Of a stretch of DNA of 35,924 nucleotides, positions 32,218-35,924 are shown piece after piece. This DNA is from Bacteroidota bacterium (GTDB taxonomy: Bacteria > Bacteroidota > Bacteroidia > Chitinophagales > Saprospiraceae), in contig JBEGNB010000360.1 of the NCBI GenBank assembly GCA_041182785.1, positions 1-35,924 of the forward strand, written 5' to 3'. The notes below the pieces were generated by a model. That model ran no database searches. It saw only the letters and a program-made list of their open reading frames with translations, and was not told where the DNA came from. The stretch's first letter is position 1; the number at the start of each line of letters is the position of its first letter. The translations under genes were made by a program, and so were the position numbers.

Positions 32218-32798
32218 TCTGCAGAGCCCGATTTTTTGGATGGAGCGCCCGCCGGTGTTTTGACGGCAGCAGGTTTGGCCGAACGCTTCATCTTGTAATA
32301 GTGAAGTCCGGCACCGAACACCCACCCGGTTTTACCTGATGCGGTACGCACCTTTACCCAGTAGTCGGTTACTTTCTCTTCACCCATATTGATCTCTTGC
32401 GACCAGTCCGTTTTCTGATTCAGAAAAGTGACCTGCTCGTTCAATTTCAGTTGTTCTATGGACTCTCCCTTCAGGCCAGGTTCCTTCCGGAGTTTCAGGC
32501 CGTCAATAGTAACAAACAGGGGGATACCGGCCGCATCATCCGTGGTTTTGGTTGTAACCGGAGCCTGCTTTGGTTGTTCCGTTTGTTGCTCTTTCGGTTT
32601 GGAGACCGTTTCTTCCGCCTTCCCCGGAGCCGCCTTCTCCTGTGCCGCAGATGAAACAGGAGCAGGTTCTGTGTCTTCCATCTCGCGAACCGTACGCATA
32701 GCTTCCGAACGTCGGTCGGTACAAGTTGAAATTCCCCACACCACCACACAACCGATGAAAGTGAAAAAGATCAGGGTCTCTATACCTGGTAACTTCAT
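32202..32798 (-). CDS. membrane-anchored SH3-domain protein with low-complexity linker
   Basis: The ATG at 32798 gives MKLPGIETLIFFTFIGCVVVWGI as a TM anchor. A Pro/Glu/Lys/Thr-rich linker follows, then a bacterial SH3-like block (LKLRKEPGLKGESIEQLKLNEQVTFL...YWVKVRTASGKTGWVFGAGL). The ORF overlaps the VanZ start by 16 nt. Confidence 0.6.
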   Translation of the reverse strand: MKLPGIETLIFFTFIGCVVVWGISTCTDRRSEAMRTVREMEDTEPAPVSSAAQEKAAPGKAEETVSKPKEQQTEQPKQAPVTTKTTDDAAGIPLFVTIDGLKLRKEPGLKGESIEQLKLNEQVTFLNQKTDWSQEINMGEEKVTDYWVKVRTASGKTGWVFGAGLHYYKMKRSAKPAAVKTPAGAPSKKSGSAEWNEQ

Positions 32799-32834
32799 AA
32801 AAAAGGTTTTATCAAGGTTAACGCAATTCGACGG

Positions 32835-32842
32835 CAAAGTTA
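32835..32842 (-). promoter_or_regulatory. candidate -7 promoter box (TAACTTTG) for the SH3-VanZ-gammaCA operon
   Basis: The plus strand reads caaagtta, 36 nt upstream of the ATG at 32798. It overlaps the longer track ORF start (32837), which supports the shorter start. Confidence 0.3.
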
Positions 32843-32960
32843 TACCCTCAGTCCTCCAGATTGATGTGTTTTTCGTGTATTTTATTAATTACAAAACCGG
32901 ACACACCAGTCAGTATCAGATTTTTTCTCTGAAACTCGTGTGTTTATCGGTATTTTTCCT

Positions 32961-32968
32961 TATTTTTG
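32961..32968 (+). promoter_or_regulatory. candidate -7 promoter box (TATTTTTG) for dprA
   Basis: tatttttg lies 32 nt upstream of the ATG at 33001. Confidence 0.3.
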
Positions 32969-33000
32969 AATAGATATTCTCTTACAACAACAAAAAGCCA

Positions 33001-34110
33001 ATGGATACCCAACAACACCAGATAGCCTTGTGCCAGTTACCACAGGTGGGAGCTGTGACAGCTAAAACGCTCGTCAGCTATTGCGGCAGTGCACGCGCTG
33101 TTTTCACTACTCCTGCCAGAACCCTGCTGAAGATACCGGGTATAGGTAGTGTCATCACCAGCAGTATCCGTAAAAATGCCGACCAGGCACTCCGTGTTGC
33201 CGAAAAAGAACTCACATTTATTGATAAAAACAATATAATTACAGTTTTTTATACAGATTCCCTCTTTCCTTCCAGATTACTTCAGAGTTACGACAGCCCG
33301 GCTTTGATTTTTTTCAAGGGGAGCGATCCGGAACTACTGAAAAGAGACAGAATTGTTTCCATTGTAGGTACAAGGCAACCTACGGAACATGGCAGGGCCA
33401 ACTGCGAAGCGCTAATTGAGGGTCTTGCCCGGGCAGGAGTCATGATTGTAAGCGGACTGGCTTACGGTATAGATATTACCGCCCACAGAAAATCCTGTCA
33501 GATTAATGTTCCAAACATCGGCGTACTCGGCCACGGGCTTGGATGTATTTACCCGTTACAGCACAAACCGATTGCCCAGAGAATGACAGAGAACGGCGGC
33601 CTTGTCAGCGAGTTCATACACGATGTAAAACCTGACCGCGAGAATTTTCCGATGAGAAACAGGATTATCGCAGGTATATGTGATGCCCTGATTGTGGTAG
33701 AAACGGCAGCCTCCGGCGGCTCCATGATTACTGCCAGTATGGCCAACCGGTTGTCGTGCGAGGTATTCGCCATTCCCGGCAGACCACAGGATCCCAAAAG
33801 TGCAGGTTGCAACTATCTTATCCGGACACATCAGGCCTGTCTGGCCGAAACAGCTGAAGATGTGATTCACCTGATGGGCTGGGATGAGAGCCCGGCGACC
33901 AGGTCTCAACAATTACAACTCATGCTGGATCTTGATACATCCGAAAAGGAGCTTGTCAGAATCGTAAAAAATACTCCCGAAATAAATATTGATCAGTTAA
34001 CGCTGCTCAGTGGACTTTCTCCGGGGGAGCTTGCCACAAAAATCCTGTCACTGGAATTTCAGGGAATTTTAAAAACACTGCCGGGAAAGCGATATGTGGC
34101 AATCAATTAA
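33001..34110 (+). CDS. dprA: DNA-processing protein A (DNA protecting protein, natural transformation/recombination mediator)
   Basis: 369 aa. An N-terminal SAM-like region is followed by the Rossmann-like core (VSIVGTRQPTEHG, VSGLAYGIDITAHR, NFPMRNRIIAG, VVETAASGGSMITA, VFAIPG). The C-terminal winged-helix-like tail is ELATKILSLEFQGILKTLPGKRY. Confidence 0.9.
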   Translation: MDTQQHQIALCQLPQVGAVTAKTLVSYCGSARAVFTTPARTLLKIPGIGSVITSSIRKNADQALRVAEKELTFIDKNNIITVFYTDSLFPSRLLQSYDSPALIFFKGSDPELLKRDRIVSIVGTRQPTEHGRANCEALIEGLARAGVMIVSGLAYGIDITAHRKSCQINVPNIGVLGHGLGCIYPLQHKPIAQRMTENGGLVSEFIHDVKPDRENFPMRNRIIAGICDALIVVETAASGGSMITASMANRLSCEVFAIPGRPQDPKSAGCNYLIRTHQACLAETAEDVIHLMGWDESPATRSQQLQLMLDLDTSEKELVRIVKNTPEINIDQLTLLSGLSPGELATKILSLEFQGILKTLPGKRYVAIN

Positions 34111-34144
34111 TGCTCTGTTCAAATTACATCTTTACTTTAGCGGC

Positions 34145-35224
34145 ATGAAAATATTTGTTCCTGTTTTACTGCTTCTCATGCCGCTCTCCGGCACCCGGAC
34201 GGAAACACCATCTGTCAGTCCGAAGCCCAAAAATATCATCCTGCTGATTGGCGACGGGATGGGGTTGTCACAGGTGAGTGCCGGGTACTATTACAACGGT
34301 CAACAGCTGAATCTCACTTCTTTTCCGGTAACCGGTCTGGTAACAACCCATTCACACAGCCACCTGATTACTGACTCGGCTGCGGGTGGTACTGCCATCG
34401 CATGTGGTTGCAAGACAACCAACGGAACTATCGGTATGGATGCCCGGAAAAAGAATTGTACGTCTGTTCTTGAACTGGCAGAAGGGAAGGGTATGGCCAC
34501 TGGCATCATTGCCTCTTCCAGTGTAACCCACGCAACGCCGGCATCCTTTGTGGCGCACGTACCCAGCCGCTCGGAAATGGACGCTATTGCCAAATTCTAC
34601 CTAACTACCGAGGTAGATCTGGTTATCGGCGGAGGTATGAAATATTTCCGCGAGCGTTCCGACAACAGGGACCTGTACGATGAACTGCAGAAAAAGGGAT
34701 ACATGGTGAGTAATTTTCAGGAAGCTGGTCTCAGGGATATATCTCCCGATCAAAATAAACCATTCGCGTGGTTCGGGGCAAGGGAGGAGCCGGAGTCGGT
34801 TACCAAGGGCCGCGACTGGCTGCCCTACGCTGCCGGGATAGCCCCATCGTTTTTGAAGAACAGGAGCGACAAGGGCTTTTTTATGATGCTGGAGGGATCA
34901 CAGATTGACTGGGCATGCCATAATAATGATGGTCCTGGGGCGATAAAGGAAATACTCGACTTCGATCTGGCTATCGGAAAAATTCTGGAGTTTGCCCGGG
35001 CTGACGGGGAGACACTTGTTATTGTTACTGCCGATCATGAGACAGGCGGACTGGCACTGGAACAGGGATCGGGGCCAGATACCCTTTCACTGGGTTTTAA
35101 TACCGGAGGGCATACAGCATCACTGGTGCCGGTTTTTGCCTTTGGGCCCGGCGCTGAAAACTTCGGTGGTTTTATGGACAACACCGAAATTTTCAGCAAA
35201 ATGAAATTTCTGCTCGGGCTGTGA
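34145..35224 (+). CDS. alkaline phosphatase (PhoA family)
   Basis: The ATG at 34145 gives the signal peptide MKIFVPVLLLLMPLSG. Motifs are LLIGDGMG (metal Asp), the nucleophile context ITDSAAGGTA, THATPASF, the DW..H metal-ligand context (QIDWACHNND), and TADHETGG. Confidence 0.9.
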   Translation: MKIFVPVLLLLMPLSGTRTETPSVSPKPKNIILLIGDGMGLSQVSAGYYYNGQQLNLTSFPVTGLVTTHSHSHLITDSAAGGTAIACGCKTTNGTIGMDARKKNCTSVLELAEGKGMATGIIASSSVTHATPASFVAHVPSRSEMDAIAKFYLTTEVDLVIGGGMKYFRERSDNRDLYDELQKKGYMVSNFQEAGLRDISPDQNKPFAWFGAREEPESVTKGRDWLPYAAGIAPSFLKNRSDKGFFMMLEGSQIDWACHNNDGPGAIKEILDFDLAIGKILEFARADGETLVIVTADHETGGLALEQGSGPDTLSLGFNTGGHTASLVPVFAFGPGAENFGGFMDNTEIFSKMKFLLGL

Positions 35225-35228
35225 TGAA

Positions 35229-35924
35229 TCACTCGGTGGTATCTGCCAGTGATTTTATTTTGAATGCTGATTTCGGATCATCAAGAATACGATCCGTTCT
35301 GAAAATTACTGTTTTCTTTTCTCCGGCAAGCAGATCAAAGTAGTTGTCGCCAAATGATCCGTTGACCTCTGTGCTGATGCACACATTCTTTGCCAGGCGG
35401 TCGGCAGAGAGCGTAATGGCATATCCTTCATTTACCTGTTCCACATTCTGCTCAATACCCGGTTTTGGAAGTGTCATCTTTTTCGGTGGAGCAGGGTAGT
35501 ACAACCGCCTGTAAATTACATTTGAAGAACTGTCCTTCAGTATAATTTCCACCACCGCGTTTTCCGGCTTGTGTTTATTGAGTACCGACTTAAGAGTACC
35601 CTGCCAGATCATTTTACTGGTATCGGGGTTTATGTGTGTGTCTATTTGTGAAATATCGCTGAGTGTTTTTCCCTCAAAACTGTGTGCATGTACATGAAGC
35701 GTCAGGTGGGCAGTATCCAGTTTATCATTGACTCCATATATCTTCAGAATTTCACCATCCATAATAGGCAGTGCAGCTATTGGACTAAATGCTTCCCGGG
35801 CATAATAATGAAGAGCTTTCCATCGGCCAAAGCAATCTATACCCGACCATGACGCTACCTGCCACACATCGTTGAGCTGCCAGTAGAGAGATCCCATACA
35901 ATATGGCTTGTTTCTCCGGTGCGC
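35229..35924 (-). CDS. GH2 beta-mannosidase, C-terminal part only (continues past the right window edge)
   Basis: The frame is open from the window edge (AHRRNKPYCMGSLYWQLNDVWQVASWSGIDCFGRWKALHYYAREAF). This is the conserved YWQLND..P..SWS.IDY.G.WKALHY block of beta-mannosidases. Ig-like C-terminal domains follow. The internal ATG at 35897 in the track is not the true start. Confidence 0.7.
   Translation of the reverse strand, partial: AHRRNKPYCMGSLYWQLNDVWQVASWSGIDCFGRWKALHYYAREAFSPIAALPIMDGEILKIYGVNDKLDTAHLTLHVHAHSFEGKTLSDISQIDTHINPDTSKMIWQGTLKSVLNKHKPENAVVEIILKDSSSNVIYRRLYYPAPPKKMTLPKPGIEQNVEQVNEGYAITLSADRLAKNVCISTEVNGSFGDNYFDLLAGEKKTVIFRTDRILDDPKSAFKIKSLADTTE

Noticed and set aside
1-35924. 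Looked for CRISPR repeats, tRNA/rRNA genes, IS elements, integrases, toxin-antitoxin pairs and prophage genes
   Set aside because: The intergenic regions are short (275 nt or less). None shows cloverleaf-compatible sequence or spaced direct repeats, and no ORF has transposase, integrase or phage hallmarks. The only caveat is that dispersed repeats cannot be detected from a single window.

Overview
This 36-kb chromosomal window reads as Bacteroidota. The evidence is a T9SS C-terminal sorting domain, an SprB-type repeat, a GLPGLI-family gene, GH109, a CBM9-like/DUF5916 protein, and the TAnnTTTG -7 promoter box upstream of at least nine start codons. I call 27 protein-coding genes, two of them cut by the window edges. 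Coding density is about 94 percent, with roughly 2.2 kb of intergenic DNA. Most genes are housekeeping or envelope functions: serC, hldD, lpxH, an S8 peptidase, RNase R, a TPR/class III adenylate cyclase, a tandem USP, a class-III aminotransferase, a CBS protein, a 987-aa T9SS mosaic surface protein, a TolC-like OMP, fabH, GH109, a gamma-carbonic-anhydrase-like protein, VanZ, an SH3 protein, dprA, an alkaline phosphatase and the tail of a GH2 beta-mannosidase. I saw no rRNA or tRNA genes, CRISPR array, transposase, integrase or prophage signature. The stretch most worth follow-up is 24.4-28.7 kb on the minus strand. There an orphan TolC-like gene is followed by a 134-aa ORF that looks like a ThiS/MoaD/ubiquitin-type beta-grasp protein ending in Gly-Gly-stop. 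Its last codons overlap by 8 nt the start of an 818-aa DUF4132/MolR(YehI)-like protein of unknown function, and no E1, E2 or JAB partner is in the window. Secondary leads are: an adenylate cyclase followed 1 nt later by a 2TM+PH-like polytopic membrane protein and then a tandem USP; a 22-bp stem hairpin and a 17-bp palindrome in the 275-nt spacer before a GLPGLI/OMP gene pair; a TrpF-like orphan with its catalytic Cys position changed to Ser; and five convergent gene pairs with 4 nt or less between stop codons. All family calls are by-eye motif recognition, with no searches run.
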